This document shows positions 50,960 through 63,556 of a stretch of DNA of 64,000 nucleotides, piece after piece. The notes under the pieces are model-generated. The model was not told where the DNA came from and did not search any database. It was given only the letters and a program-made list of their open reading frames with translations. The stretch comes from Leucoraja erinacea (taxonomy: Eukaryota). Position numbers and translations under genes: made by a program. Position 1 is the first letter of the stretch, and each line of letters begins with the position of its first letter. The stretch lies in the NCBI RefSeq assembly GCF_028641065.1, contig NC_073387.1, positions 24,366,001 through 24,430,000 of the forward strand, given 5' to 3'.

Positions 50960-51268
50960 GGCACGGTGGTACAGTGGTAGATTTGCTGTCTTCTAACGAA
51001 CTTTTACATTGCCAGAGATCCAGGTTACACTACGGGTGCTGTCTGTACGGAGTTTGGACGTACTCCCCGTGACCTGCCTGGGTTTTCTCCGAGATCTTTG
51101 GTTTCCTCCTACACTCCAAAGCCGTATAGGTTTGTAGGTTAATTGGCTTGGTATAAATGTAAATTGTCCCTAGTGTGTATCATAGTGGTAAGGTGCAGGG
51201 ATTGCTGGGCAGTGCAGACTTTGTAAGCCGAAGGCCCTGTTTAGACGTTGTATCTCTAAACTAAACTA
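50960..51268 (+). mobile_element. V-SINE
   Basis: gcacggtggtacagtggtaga head, V-domain, (ctaaa)n tail. Confidence 0.8.
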
Positions 51269-51923
51269 ATGAAGAATCTGTCAATCTCTGCCTACCTTCC
51301 TTGTTTCCATGTTGGAACGTCCCACGAGGTTCACCAGTGAAGTGTTGAGAATCCCAGATGGTACATTCCCCTGCAGTGTTCGAGCCCATCATTTCACAAA
51401 CCCACCATTGTTGGATCTCGGTGAACCTACGTCCAAAACCATTCTCCTTCTACGCTGAGTGGCGCCTACTGTCTCTCATGAGGTGATTGGGCTGAGTATT
51501 GGTCGGAGGTTCGGCCGGGCGTAGGGGTTGGGATTGTGACCACGTGATGCCATTGCCCCCCCCCCTTGTCTTGCACCTACCCCAGCCAATGGCAGTACCT
51601 CGAGGGAAAGTGTTGCTCAGATTGTGGGCCACTGTCCTCGGTTACCCGGCTCTTTGAAGCCAGACGCAGCGACACAGTAACCCTCCAGGTACTGTCACAG
51701 CCAGTGGAGACCTGGATCAGCACCTATGGGGAAGTATGTGTGACCCCAGGGGGGAGTATGCTTGACCCGGGGGCAGCAAGTGTGGCCAGTGCACATCCCT
51801 CTATGTACATGGAACTGTGGGCATCTCTAACTATGTAGGGGACTGGATCTGTGCGTTTCACTTCTGGGGTAATTGCACACCCTTGCCTCGCTGTACTGAA
51901 TGTCAGTCTCATGTATGTCTTCA

Positions 51924-51929
51924 ATTAAA
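51924..51929 (+). terminator. Candidate MED7 polyadenylation signal ATTAAA
   Basis: At the end of a unique stretch, followed by GT/T-rich sequence. Confidence 0.4.
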
Positions 51930-54089
51930 ATCTCTTTTCATAGACGCGTATACATGGTCCTTGTGTGAATCTTTGGTTTATTGCTGATACATGTGCTGAG
52001 ACTTTTTTTTTAATCTGAGAGGGTGCGCGGTTAAAGAGTGCAGGTAACTGCCTGGGGCGCTGGGTTCACAGGTACGCAGGGACACAAACCAGTGACTTTA
52101 ATCCAAGAGACACAATGAACTGCAGATGCTGGAATGTTGGAACAAATCACAGAGTGCTGGAGGAACAGGTCAGGGAGCATCTGTGGAGGGAATGCACATT
52201 TCAGGTCAGGACCCCTCTTCAGACTGATGGGGCGGGGGAAGGAAGCCTGGAAAGAGAGATTGAGGTGGGACAATGCTGAGAAGGAGACAACATTTCTGCA
52301 GTTGACAAACGAACTACAGATGCTGTTTACCAATGAATCACAAGGTTGGAGGAACTCAGCGGGTCAGGTAGCATCTGTGGAGGGAATGGACAGACCACGT
52401 TTTCACTCCGGGGGGGGCTTCAGACTGCCTAAAACAGGGGGCTTGCAGGGTGAATGCTGGTGTGGATGAAGGGTGGTGAGGTGACATGGTGAGGTTTGAT
52501 GTTGGGACGGTTTGGAGTTGATGCTCAGTCATGGAGCAATGCTGCACAGAAACAGCTGTTTCACCTCTGTGTGGCATTGACTACTGGCATGGCTGATACT
52601 TTACTAATCTCCAATCTACCGATTCCCTGGCCATCTTAACAGTCCAACCACCTCACATAGCCACACAGCACAGAAACAAGCAATTCAGCCCAACTTGCAC
52701 TGAAAGAGGGGTTGAGAGGGAAAGATATGTTCATCACTTCTAGGAGCAAAATTAGGCCATTTGTCCATCAAGTCTACTCCACTATTCAATCATGGCTGAT
52801 CTATCTTTCCCTCTCAACCGCATTCTCCTGCCTTCTCCTCACAACCCCTGACACACGTACTAATCAAGAATCTGTTAATCTCCATCTTAAAAATACCCAA
52901 TGACTTGGCATCCACCGCTGTCTGTGGCAAAGAATTTCACAGATTCACCACCCTCTGGCTAAAGAAATTCCCCTTCATCTGCCAACCATAATTGAGTGGT
53001 GGAGTAGACTCGATGGGCTGAATGGCCTAATTGTGCTGCTATGTCATGTGGACGTATGGACATTATGTTTTGCCGCAGATCTCAGCGTCTGCTGTTCCTA
53101 CTGGCCTGGTGCGGTTCAGTGGAGCTGTTGCCTGTCCCTCAAAGCCGGTACTACTGAGGAACCGGTGATTCACCGGGTGGGCTCCAGCCTGCCGAGGTGT
53201 GGCTGGAGATGTCGGCACCTTTAGCTGGTTCAGCTGTGAGATCCCATGCAACACCTCATCACGTTGCACAACGGCTCACAGCCCACGCACCATCCTGCAA
53301 CGGTCTCTCTAACACTAGTTGGGGAAACAGAACTGACAACTCACGCACAAAATTCCACATGCTGTATGCTCCAGACAAGGACAGCCTATATCATCAAAGA
53401 CCCAAACACCATCCTAACCACACTCTTATCAAGCCACACTGACGGGAGAGGGGGGGGGGGGGGGGGGGGGGGTGGGGGACTTCAGGAGCCTGAGAACCAT
53501 TACCTCATGGTTTAAGAACATCAGGCTCCTGAATCACACAACGCAACCTTAACTACACGCCTACCTCAACACCGAACTATGCTGGGCTTTGTAGATTTAC
53601 TTGCCCGTTTGCACTATTGCGGCCTGTTTACTGGGGAGTGAGAGTCAAGAGTATCTTATTGTCGTATGTCTCGAAACGGAACAATGAAATTCTTACTTGC
53701 AGCAGCACAACAGATATGTAAAGGTAATGCTCAATGGATAAAAAAAATAATTAGTGGCATTGATAGGGTAGGCTGTTTGGAACGTTTCATAAGTTAATAA
53801 GCCATAGGGGTCAAGGAAAGAGCATTCACGTCGCGGCCCTGTTTCCACCAATCTTTCCACCACTGCGCATAAGAAGCGACAAGACAGACACCATTGTATG
53901 CAGATGCCGAGAAGTGTGTTCAGAACAACTTCTAATCTTGTGTGTGGACTCGATAAGAAGAATAAGTCATTGGAGCAAAATTAGGCCATTCGGCCCATCG
54001 AGTCTACTCCGTCATTCAATCATGGCTGATCTCACCTTTCTCTCTCAACCCTGCCTCCTGCTTTCTCCCCGTAACCTTAGACACCCTTA

Positions 54090-54428
54090 TGGCCCTGTCC
54101 CACGGTACGAGTTCATTCCAAGAGCTCTCCCGAGTTTTAAAAAAAAAATCAAACTCGTGGTAAGCACGGAGAATGAACGTAGCCGGTACATCGGAGCTCG
54201 GGGACGTCTCTCAGCGGCTCGTAACGCTAATGGCAGGTACTCGGGAAGACTCACTAACGGCAGGTAAGCTCGGGAAGACTCGTGAAGATGTTTCAACATT
54301 TTTCCACGAGAGAATGTCCATGAGAGTCCCGAGTACCGACGAGCGGCCATTACCGTAAATCTCCGAGTTCAAATCAGGGTTAACTCGGGAGAGCTCTTGG
54401 AATGAACTCGTACCGTGGGACAGGGCCA
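54090..54428. mobile_element. Harbinger-type MITE with ~47-bp perfect TIRs
   Basis: tggccctgtcccacggtacgagttcattccaagagctctcccgagtt and its exact reverse complement. Flanks TTA / TAA in host gacacccttactaatcaag. Confidence 0.85.
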
Positions 54429-55369
54429 TAACTAATCAAGTAAGTCTCCTCCTTAAAAATGCCCAAGGTGGAAATGTCCAACACTAGAGGGCACAGCTAT
54501 AAAAGTGAGATGGTTAAAGTTTAAAGCACATGTGCGGGGCAAGATTTTTACACAGGGTGGAGGGGGCCTGGAATGCGCTGCCGGGGATGGTGGTGGAGGC
54601 AGATATGATAGTGGCAAGAGAGCAAAAGGGGAGATACAGAGTGCAGAATATGTGGATCTGTGGAATTCTCTGCCACAGAAGACAGTGCAGGCTACTTCAC
54701 TGGATGTTTTCAAGAGAGTTAGATTTAATTCTTTGGGCTAAGGAAATCTAGGGATGTGGGGAAACGCAGGAACGGGGTACTGATTTTAGATGATCAGCCA
54801 TGATTATATTAAATGGTGTTGCTGGCTCGAAGGGCCGAATGACCTACTCGTGCACCTATTTTTCTCTGTTTCTAATATAGTTCTTTGTGTTGTAGCACAT
54901 CAGTTCCAGATACAAGGCCACAACGGGGTAGAGGTGAATCGGACAGTACCATGATGATGGAAAGGCCATTCAGAAGCCTCATAACAGAGGTGAAGAAGCT
55001 GTTCCCGAGTCTGGTGGTGCCTATTTTAGGCTTCAAGTGGTCAACTAGCTGGATTTGCACAGTTCCTGCCGCCAGCAATGTCAGACTTTGAGGCTGGACC
55101 CGCCATCCAGCGAGATCACTCCCCTACGGTTAACGGTGGGATTTCCAACCGCCAGCGCGCGCACACAGTGGCGCAGCAGGTTGCGTTGCTGCCTCACAGC
55201 GCCAGAGACCCAGCTTCGATCCTGACCGGGTGCTGTCTGTATGGAGTTTGCACGTTCTCCCTATGACCGCGTGGGTTTCCTCCGGGTGCCCCGGTTTCCT
55301 CCAACGCCATGCTGGTTTGTAGGTCAATTGCCTTCTGTAAATCAATTCTGTAAAAACGGGCATCAATTA

Positions 55370-57640
55370 TAATGGTGCTCAAGATGAGCAAGGTGACGTG
55401 CCTCAATGACTATCGACCAGTGACACTAACATCGGTGGTGATGAAGTGCTGTGAGAGGTTGATCATGGCGCAAATCAACTCCTACCTCGACAAAAACCTG
55501 GACCCATTGCAGTTCGCCTACCGCCACAACAGATCAACGGTGGATGCAATCTCGCTGGCTCTCCACTCCGCTCTGGACCACTTAGAAAACAAAAACTCAA
55601 ATGTCATTGATTACAGCTCGGCATTTAATACAATCATCCCCTCCAAGCTGGTTACCAAACTCGCATAATTGGGTCTCTGCGCATCCCTCTACAATTGGAT
55701 CCTCTACTCCCTCTTCACCTACGACTGCACACCTGTACATGGTACTAACACCATCATCAAGTATGCAGATGATACAACGGTGATTGGCCTCATCAGCAAC
55801 AACGATGAGTCGACCTATAGGGAGGAGGTCCAGCTCCTAGCAGCATGGTGCGCTGACAACAACCTGGCCCTTAACTCCAAGAAGACCAAGGAGCTCATTG
55901 TAGACTTCAGGAAGTCTAGGGGTGGCACGCACACCCCCATCCACATTAACGGGACGGAGGTGGAACATGTTTCCAGCTTCAGGTTCCTGGAGGTCAACAT
56001 CTCCGATGACCTCTCTTGGACCCACAATACCTCAACTCTGGTCAAGAAGGCTCACCAGCGTCTCTTCTTCCTGAGGAGACTGAAGAAGGTCCATCTGTCT
56101 CCTCAGATTCTGGTGAACTTCTACCGCTGCACCATCGAGAGCATCCTTACCAACTGTATCACAGTATGGTATGGCAACTGCTCTGTCTCCAACCGGAAAG
56201 CACTGCAGAGGGTGGTGAAAATTGCCCAACCCATCACCGGTTCCTCGCTCCCCTCCATTGAGTCTGTCCAAAGCAAGCATTGTCTGCGGAGGGCGCTCAG
56301 CATCGCCAAGGACTGCTCTCACCCCAACCATGGACTGTTTACCCTCCTACCATCCGGGAGGCGCTACAGGTCTCTCCGTTGCCGGACCAGCAGGTCCAGG
56401 AGCAGCTTCTTCCCTGCGGCTGTCACACTACTCAGCAATGTACCTCGGTGACTGCCAATCACCCCCCCCCCCGGACACTCCTCCCACAGGAAAAAATAAG
56501 TCTATGACTGTATGCATGTAAACAGATTCATTTATTGAAATCATATTCTATGTCGCTCTTCCAGGGAGATGCTAACTGCATTTCGTTGTCTCTGTACTGT
56601 ACACTGTCAATGACAATTAAAGTTGAATCTGAATCTGAATCTGAATCACAATCACAGATCACAGACTGTTCGAATTGGTGGAAAGGTGTCAGCCTCAATA
56701 ACAATCAGCATGGGAGCACCTCAAGGCTGCGTGCTCAGTCCCCTGCTGTACTCACTCTATACTCGTGACTGCATAGCCGGTCATAGTGCGAACTCCATCA
56801 TCAAGTTCGCTGACGACACCACTGTTGTGGGACGTATCACTGATGAGGATGAGTCAGAATATAGAAGTGAGATCGACCGATTGACTAAATGGTGCCAGCA
56901 CAATAACCTGGATCTCAACACCAGCAAAACCAAGGAACTGATTGTGGACTTTAGAAGAGGTAGGGTGGGGACCCACAGTCCCATTTATATCAATTGGTCA
57001 ATGGTGGAAAGGGGCAAAAGCTTCAAGATGCACATCTCTGAAGAACTCTCCTGCTCCGAGAACACTGATGCAATTATAAAGAAAGCACATCAGCGCCTCT
57101 ACTTCCTGAGAAGATTACGGAGAGTCGGTATGTCAAGGAGGACTCTCTCGAACTTCTACAGGTGCACACTTGCGCACCCAGGAGCGGAAAAGACTACAAA
57201 AAGTAATAAACACTGTCCGGTCCATCATCGGCTCTGACCTCTCTACCATCGAGGGGATCTATCACAGTCGCTGCCTCAAAAAGTCTGGCAGCATCATCAA
57301 GGACCCACACTATCCTGGCCACACACTCATCTCCCTGCTACCTTCAGGTAGAAGGTACAGGAGCCTGAAGACTGCAACGTCCAGGTTCAGGAATAGCTAC
57401 TTCCCCACAGCCATCAGGCTATTAAACTCTTCAAACAAAACTCTGAACATTAATAGCACATTATGTGTTTATTTGCACTTTATCTGTTTAGTTATTCATG
57501 TGTGTATATATTTATATAATAGTATATGGACACACTGATCTGTTCTGTATTCATGCCTACTATATTCTGTTGTGCTGAAGCAAAGCAAAAATTTTCATTG
57601 TCCTATCTGGAACACATGACAATAAACTCTCTTGAATCTT
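55370..57640 (+). mobile_element. Two nested Rex1/Babar LINEs inside a V-SINE
   Basis: Outer: CLNDYRPVTLTSVVMKC..LDPLQFAYR (55372-55705), resuming HRSQTVRIG..APQGCVLSPLLY..FADDTTVVG (56650-57640). Inner: LYSLFTYDC..YADDTTVIG..., tail (ctgaat)n ending 56646. SINE halves 55165-55350 and 57640-57748. Confidence 0.85.
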
Positions 57641-58019
57641 AAATTGTAAATTGTCCCTAGTGTGTGGGATAGTGCTAGTGTACGGGTGAGTGATGGTTCA
57701 TGTGGGGCTGAAGGGCCTATTTCCATGCTCTATCCCTAAACTAAACTGGGTGGAAGGGCTCCAACTCCAAGCAGGGCCACCCCAAGCACGGGTGGCTTTA
57801 ACATCCCTAACATTGACTGGCAGTTCCTTAGTGCCAGAGGCTTCGACGTGGCTGAAATAGGAATCTCCAAGAGTATGAGAAGCAGTTTAACAGGAGCCAG
57901 TGTGAAGGAGGTCAAATATGAGGGGTACGTGCAGCGGAGTGCTGGTCGGCCCCATTGCAGGTAGGATGTGGAGGCTTTGGAGAAGGTGCAGAGCCAGTTT
58001 ACTGGGATGCTGGGAATCA

Positions 58020-59111
58020 TGACAGAAGCCTCCTCGTGGCGATCCCCGGAAACGACGATACGATGCACTCTGTGACGACCAATTCTGGGCGACCAATTCT
58101 GTCAACATGTTGGACGACGACAGAAGCCAACATTGAAACAAACAAACAATGATTGTTTTCTCTGCTGAGAGTCTGGAACTCGGTTGCCGTTGACCAGGGC
58201 CCCTCCCCGCCGGCAGAGGGTGACGGCCCGGTTGTGAGAGCAGCCGGCTCTTGTCCCGCCCCACCGGGTGTCAGGGAGGCTCGAACGTGTGGAATACTTG
58301 CGGCTGAGCAAACTCAATACTCGTCGGACCCAGGCACCGTAATCCTTCCCGGGATCCGGACCCACACAACATGAGTGGCCTTTCCTCGACACCCTTCATC
58401 TACCTCCAAGACTCAGGGAGGCATCTCCTGTACGGGCTCCTCCACACCCTGCACTTCCTCGCCTTGGTCCCTCTACGCAAGGATCCTCCCCCTCTACATC
58501 GGGAACCTGGGGTGGAGGGTTCTGCATCGAGGAGTCCCGTGCAACCCTTGCGGTTAACAGACTCGCCAGCCGCCTGCCTCTATTGTGTCCCATGTGTACA
58601 TGGAGTGTGTGAGGTTGCAGCCCCTGTTCCAACATCTAAAGGGGCTGCTCCTTGCCTTCTGGCTGCACTTCACACCCACCATCCTCATCTTTGGACACCG
58701 TGTGCGTAGGGGAGAGGGTCAGGCTGAAGACGTCCTGGTTGGGTTGCTCCTGGGCCTGGCCAAGCTGGCTATCCGTGAGTCACAGCGCCAGGTGGAAGAG
58801 GACTCTGCCCGAGCCGGCTGCCTGCTCCTTTTCCAGGGATACGTCCGCACCCGGCTGGTTATAAAGAGGTACTACACGCTGTCCACAGGCCCCCTGGGGG
58901 ATTTCCAGCATCGCTGGGCCCTGCGGGGGGGTGGAATGCATCCTTGACATGGTTTGTAATATACTTTTTTCTGAATGTGTTTGACATTTAAGAATATTTG
59001 TTTAGATGACTGGGTGATTTTGTATGATGGTGGTGGGTTTTATTTTGAATTATTTTGTATTGTACATATTATTGTAAATAATTGTATAAATTATTTTTGG
59101 TTAAAAAAAAA
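58020..59111 (+). mobile_element. Tx1/L1-clade LINE 3' remnant with poly-A
   Basis: HVYMECVRLQPLFQHLKGLL...LLLGLAKLAI; T-rich 3' UTR and A9 at 59103-59111. Confidence 0.8.
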
Positions 59112-59372
59112 TCAGGTAGGAGGAGCGGGAATTTGAAATGGCAAACCGTACAGGCCGCCGCTCTTGTTCACAACGTTTTGCAGAGGCTGATCCAAAGGAA
59201 GTGGTTTCTGGGCTTGTGTTTTATCAGAGACTGAACCCTGTGTAGAACGCGCTGCTGCAGAGTGTGAGATCACAGCAGGCTTCGCCCACGTTCCTGTACC
59301 TCGCCGGCCAACACTCTCCCTCCACCCATCGCCCCTCAACGCTCTCCATGGGGTGGGCCAATTGCCACTAGC
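59112..59372 (+). promoter_or_regulatory. Putative ITK proximal promoter / 5' UTR
   Basis: AGGAAGTGGTT (ETS-RUNX composite) at 59196-59206; second ETS core TTCCTGT near 59291. Confidence 0.5.
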
Positions 59373-59510
59373 ATGGATCCCAGCCCCATCCTGGAGGAGT
59401 TCCTCATCAAACGCTCTCAGCAGAAGCGACGCACCTCTCCTTCCAACTACAAAGAGCGGTACTTCATCCTCACCACCTCCCGCCTCGCCTACTATGAGTG
59501 TCGCCCTGGG
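59373..59510 (+). CDS. ITK: Tyrosine-protein kinase ITK coding exon 1 (PH domain N-terminus)
   Basis: [54 protein letters not shown] is ITK-type (BTK and TEC have KKKTSPLN). Donor GGG|gtaggt; neighbour of MED7 as in human. Confidence 0.9.
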
Positions 59511-59529
59511 GTAGGTCCACTTCACTCTA

Positions 59530-59975
59530 CCCCTCTCCTTACCGCCCTCCTTTGCTTCCCCCACTCCTCCCTTGCCCTCCCTCACTCCCCTCCCTCACTC
59601 CCCTCTCGCTCCTCCCTAACTCTCCCTTGCCCTCCCTCACTCCTCTCCCTCACTCCCCTCCCTCACTCCCCTCTCACTCTCCCCTCCGCTCGCTCCCCCC
59701 TCACTCTCCCTTGCCCTCCCTCACTCTCTCGCTCCTCCCTAACTCTCCCTTGCTCTCCCTCACTCCCTTCCCTCACACCCCTCTCGCTCCCCCCTCCGCT
59801 CGCTCCCCCTTCACTCTCCCTCGCTCACCTACCTCCCCCTGCTTCCCCTCTCACACCCACTTTCCCCCCTGCTCCCTCCCTCTCCCACCTCCTATCTCCA
59901 TCCCCCTTTCCCCCTCTTTTGGCCCTTTCTCTCTTGCTTTCTCATCCCCCTTCACCCCCTCTCTTCTTGCCTCCG
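59530..59975. repeat. Polypyrimidine low-complexity repeat at start of ITK intron 1
   Basis: (ctccctcactcc)-like units. Confidence 0.85.
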
Positions 59976-61314
59976 AGCTGCCTGCCTGGGTGTGACTTTA
60001 GAAGGTATGGTCCAGAGTAGAGATGTTACAGGGATTCTGCCGTTGCTGCTTGAGAACGTGACAAGTAGAATCGAGAGGAGGCCATTGTGGCCCGAGTCCC
60101 TCTGCTGCTATTCTGTAATCATGACCGATCTTATACCTAAGTGTCACTCCGCTGCACTAAGACCACATGGTTTGTTTGCTTCATTGTAACATTATGGAGA
60201 GGATGGACAAACTTGGACCGTTTTTTCTGGAATGCCGATGTTGAGGGGACACCTGATAGAAGTATATAAAATTATGAGAGGCATGGACAGGGTAGAGAGC
60301 CTGAACCTCTATCTCTCCCAGTGGGTAAATGTCAAAGACCAGAGGGCACAGCTTTCAGGTGAGCTGGGCAAAGTTTAAATGAGATGTGCAGGGCAGGTCT
60401 TTTACACAGAGGGTGGTGGGAGCCTGGAACATGCCTGGTGGAGGCAGATACGATAAGGGGGTTTAGGGGCATTTAGACAGGCACGTGGATATGCAGGGAA
60501 TGGAGGGATATGGATCACGTGCAGGCAGATAAGTTTGTCTTGGTATCATGTTCGGCACGGACATTGTGGCCAACGGGCCTTCTAAACCTTGAGTACAATC
60601 AGACCACACACACATCAGTACAACAGGTAGTGCAAAGAGAAACCAAACAGAGTGTAGAATGTGATGTTACAGCTCCAGGGAAAATGCAGATAAAAAAAGG
60701 TACAAGTGCCACAACGAGGTAGATTGGAAGATCGGGAATTATGAGGGGTTCAGCCAGAAGGGGAAGAAGCTGTTCATGAGTCTGGTGGTGTGCGCTTTCA
60801 CGCTACTGTACCTTCTGCCGGATGGGAGCGGGGAGAAGAAGGAATGACCGGGGTGAGACAAGTCTTTGATTAAAGACACAAAAAGCTGGAGTAACTCAGT
60901 CAGTCAGGCAGCATCTCTGCAGAAAAGCAATAGGTGACGTTCCGGGTCGAGACCCTCTTCAGACAGTCATTGATTATGTCAGCTCCTTTCCTGAGGCAGC
61001 GTAAAGTGTAGATGGTGGGGAATGTGGGCTGTGTGCTGGTCTGGGCCACATCCACAACTCTCCGCGATCGCTTGCTGCCTTGGGCAGAACTCTTCCCAAA
61101 CCAAACCGTGATGCATCCCAACACATTATATCGCATTTGCCAGGTCGTGAAGCAGACGCAGTTTGGTGTAGTCTGTAAACGGCCTACATTGACACTCACT
61201 GCTGCGGCCCTGACCTCTGGACCTCCCTCCCTGCACCACTGCCTCTGTCATCTTTTAGAATAGTCAGAAATACCCTGTGATGGGCCTCAGGTAATCAGCT
61301 GACAGTCTGCGGGC

Positions 61315-61817
61315 GCATATATATGTGCATGTACATGTAGTATATGTGTACATGTAGGTGTATGTGTGTGTATATGTGTGTACGTTTGTGTATGTGTGTA
61401 CATACATGTGTAAGGACATGTATGGGTGTGTTTGTATGAGTGGGTCCTTGTGTGTCTATACGTGTGTGAGTTTGTGTGAATGCATGTGTATATACGTGTG
61501 TATGTGTGCGTGCATATGTGTGTGCATATGAATGAAAGACAGCGGTGCAAGAGAGAGCGTGTGTGTGACAGAGATAGCGATGTGTGAGAGGCTGTGTGTG
61601 GGTCAGTACGTGAAAGAGAGGCTGAATGTGTGAGAGTGTGCATGTGAGAGAGTGTGTGTGTCAGTGTGTATGTGCGCGCATGTGTGTGCAAGTGCGTGTC
61701 TGCATGCATGTGTGTGTGTGTGTGTGTGCACATGTGTGTTTGCGCATGTGTGTATGTGTTTGTGCGTGCGTGCGTGTGCACGTATCTGTGTGTGTGCGAG
61801 CATGTGAGCTTGCATGT
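61315..61817. repeat. (TG/TA)n-rich microsatellite-like tract
   Basis: Visible; leads into the gap. Confidence 0.85.
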
Positions 61818-62050
61818 NNNNNNNNNNNNNNNNNNNNNNNNNNNNNNNNNNNNNNNNNNNNNNNNNNNNNNNNNNNNNNNNNNNNNNNNNNNNNNNNNNN
61901 NNNNNNNNNNNNNNNNNNNNNNNNNNNNNNNNNNNNNNNNNNNNNNNNNNNNNNNNNNNNNNNNNNNNNNNNNNNNNNNNNNNNNNNNNNNNNNNNNNNN
62001 NNNNNNNNNNNNNNNNNNNNNNNNNNNNNNNNNNNNNNNNNNNNNNNNNN
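61818..62050. other. Assembly gap (233 N)
   Basis: Run of n. Confidence 0.99.
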
Positions 62051-62849
62051 CCCGCCCCGTCAGCCTGTGGTTATTCAGGGGGGTTGAGGATGGTGGAGAT
62101 GTGTAGCTGCCAATCTGATACTCTTGCAGCACCAGGCCAGGCGAGAGAATCTATCGGTAACACCCTGACCCGCTGGGGAAACAGGCTGCTGTGTCTGAGG
62201 GTCTGTCGGCCTGGCGGACCCTCGTAGTTCCCTGATGCTGGGGCCTGGCCCAGTGTAGGCCTGTGACGAGGGCAAGTTGCACTCCCACATGTGATTTACA
62301 TTGAGCTTCATCTGAAATCCTTTCAAGTGAGAGGAGGGGAGGAAGATGCAAAGCGAGGAGCACATACAGTGAGAGGGAGGAGGTGGTTACGGTGCAGAGA
62401 TGATTTACGAGGATGTTGCCAGAATGCGAGAGCCGGGGCCATATGGAGAGGTTGGGCAGGCTAGGACTCTTCCTTGCATCGTGGGAGGATGATCCTATAA
62501 GGATGTATAAAAGGGAATAGGCAAAGTGCTACTCGGCCTATGTCGTCTTGTTCTTGATTCCCGACTGGGTAAAAGACTGTATTCACCCTATCCATTCCCT
62601 TCATGATCTATACACTACTATAAGTTCACTTCTCAACCTTCTGCGCTCCAAGGAATAAAGTCCTAACGTTAAACTTTAAGTCCTATGAAAGCCTTATTGA
62701 CCACCATATCTATCTGTGATGCCACACTTTCAAGGGATTGTGTACCTGCACGCCTAGATCCCTCTGCTGCACAACAATCCCTGTCCACCTGTGACGCCAT
62801 TTTCAAAGAAAAGTGTACCTCCCCTGGGTTTGTCAATAACCCTGCCTTA

Positions 62850-63172
62850 AAGCCCTGTCCCACGGTACGAGTTCATTCCACGAGTTCTCCCGGGTTTGCC
62901 CTGATTTGAACTCGGAGATTTACGGTAATGGCCACTCGTCGGTACTCGGGGCTCTCGTGGACATTTCTCAACATGTTGAAAAATCATCACGAGTCTTCCC
63001 GTGCTTACCTGCCATTAGTGAGTTTTCCCCGAGTACCTGCCGTTAGCGCTAAGAGACGTCCCCGAGCTCCGACGTACCCGCTACGTTCATTCTCTGTGCT
63101 TACCACGAGTTAGATTTTTTTTTTAAACTCAGGAGAGCTCTTGGAATGAACTCATACCGTGGGACAGGGCTT
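62850..63172. mobile_element. Harbinger-type MITE, same family as 54090-54428, opposite orientation
   Basis: aagccctgtcccacggtacgagttcattcc ... ggaatgaactcataccgtgggacagggctt; left flank TTA. Confidence 0.85.
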
Positions 63173-63556
63173 TTCGGCTCCCTTCTCCTATGATCTCCCT
63201 GCCTCTGAAAGAGTCAAGTGTGTTTTATTGTCATTCGTCCGGAAACGAAACAATGTAATTCTTGCTTGCAGTAGCTCGACAGATATGGAAACATAGTATG
63301 TAAAACACATATTAACAACTCCCCCAAAAGTTCAACAAACAAACATAGTGTGTGGCCAGGGTGGTGTGGGTCTTTAATGATACTGACTGACATTTTAAGG
63401 CATTTACTCCTCTGGATCCCCTTTGATGGTAGGAAGGTCAGACAGGGCAGTGTCCGCCACTCTCTGTAATCTCCTTCATTGCTGGGCGTTTGAGTTGCTG
63501 ACCCAGGCAGTGATGCTCTCTCCTGTACGCATAAGTTCAAGAGCATTCATTAATAT

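Noticed and set aside
57790-57960. Unique-looking coding-like stretch upstream of ITK
   Set aside because: Reads GGFNIPNIDW...SARG, a CR1 endonuclease remnant.
59373-60020. 215-aa ORF as a full protein, or BTK/TEC identity
   Set aside because: Only the first 46 codons are exon; the rest is a pyrimidine tract. KRRTSPSN, exon 2 and MED7 linkage favour ITK.
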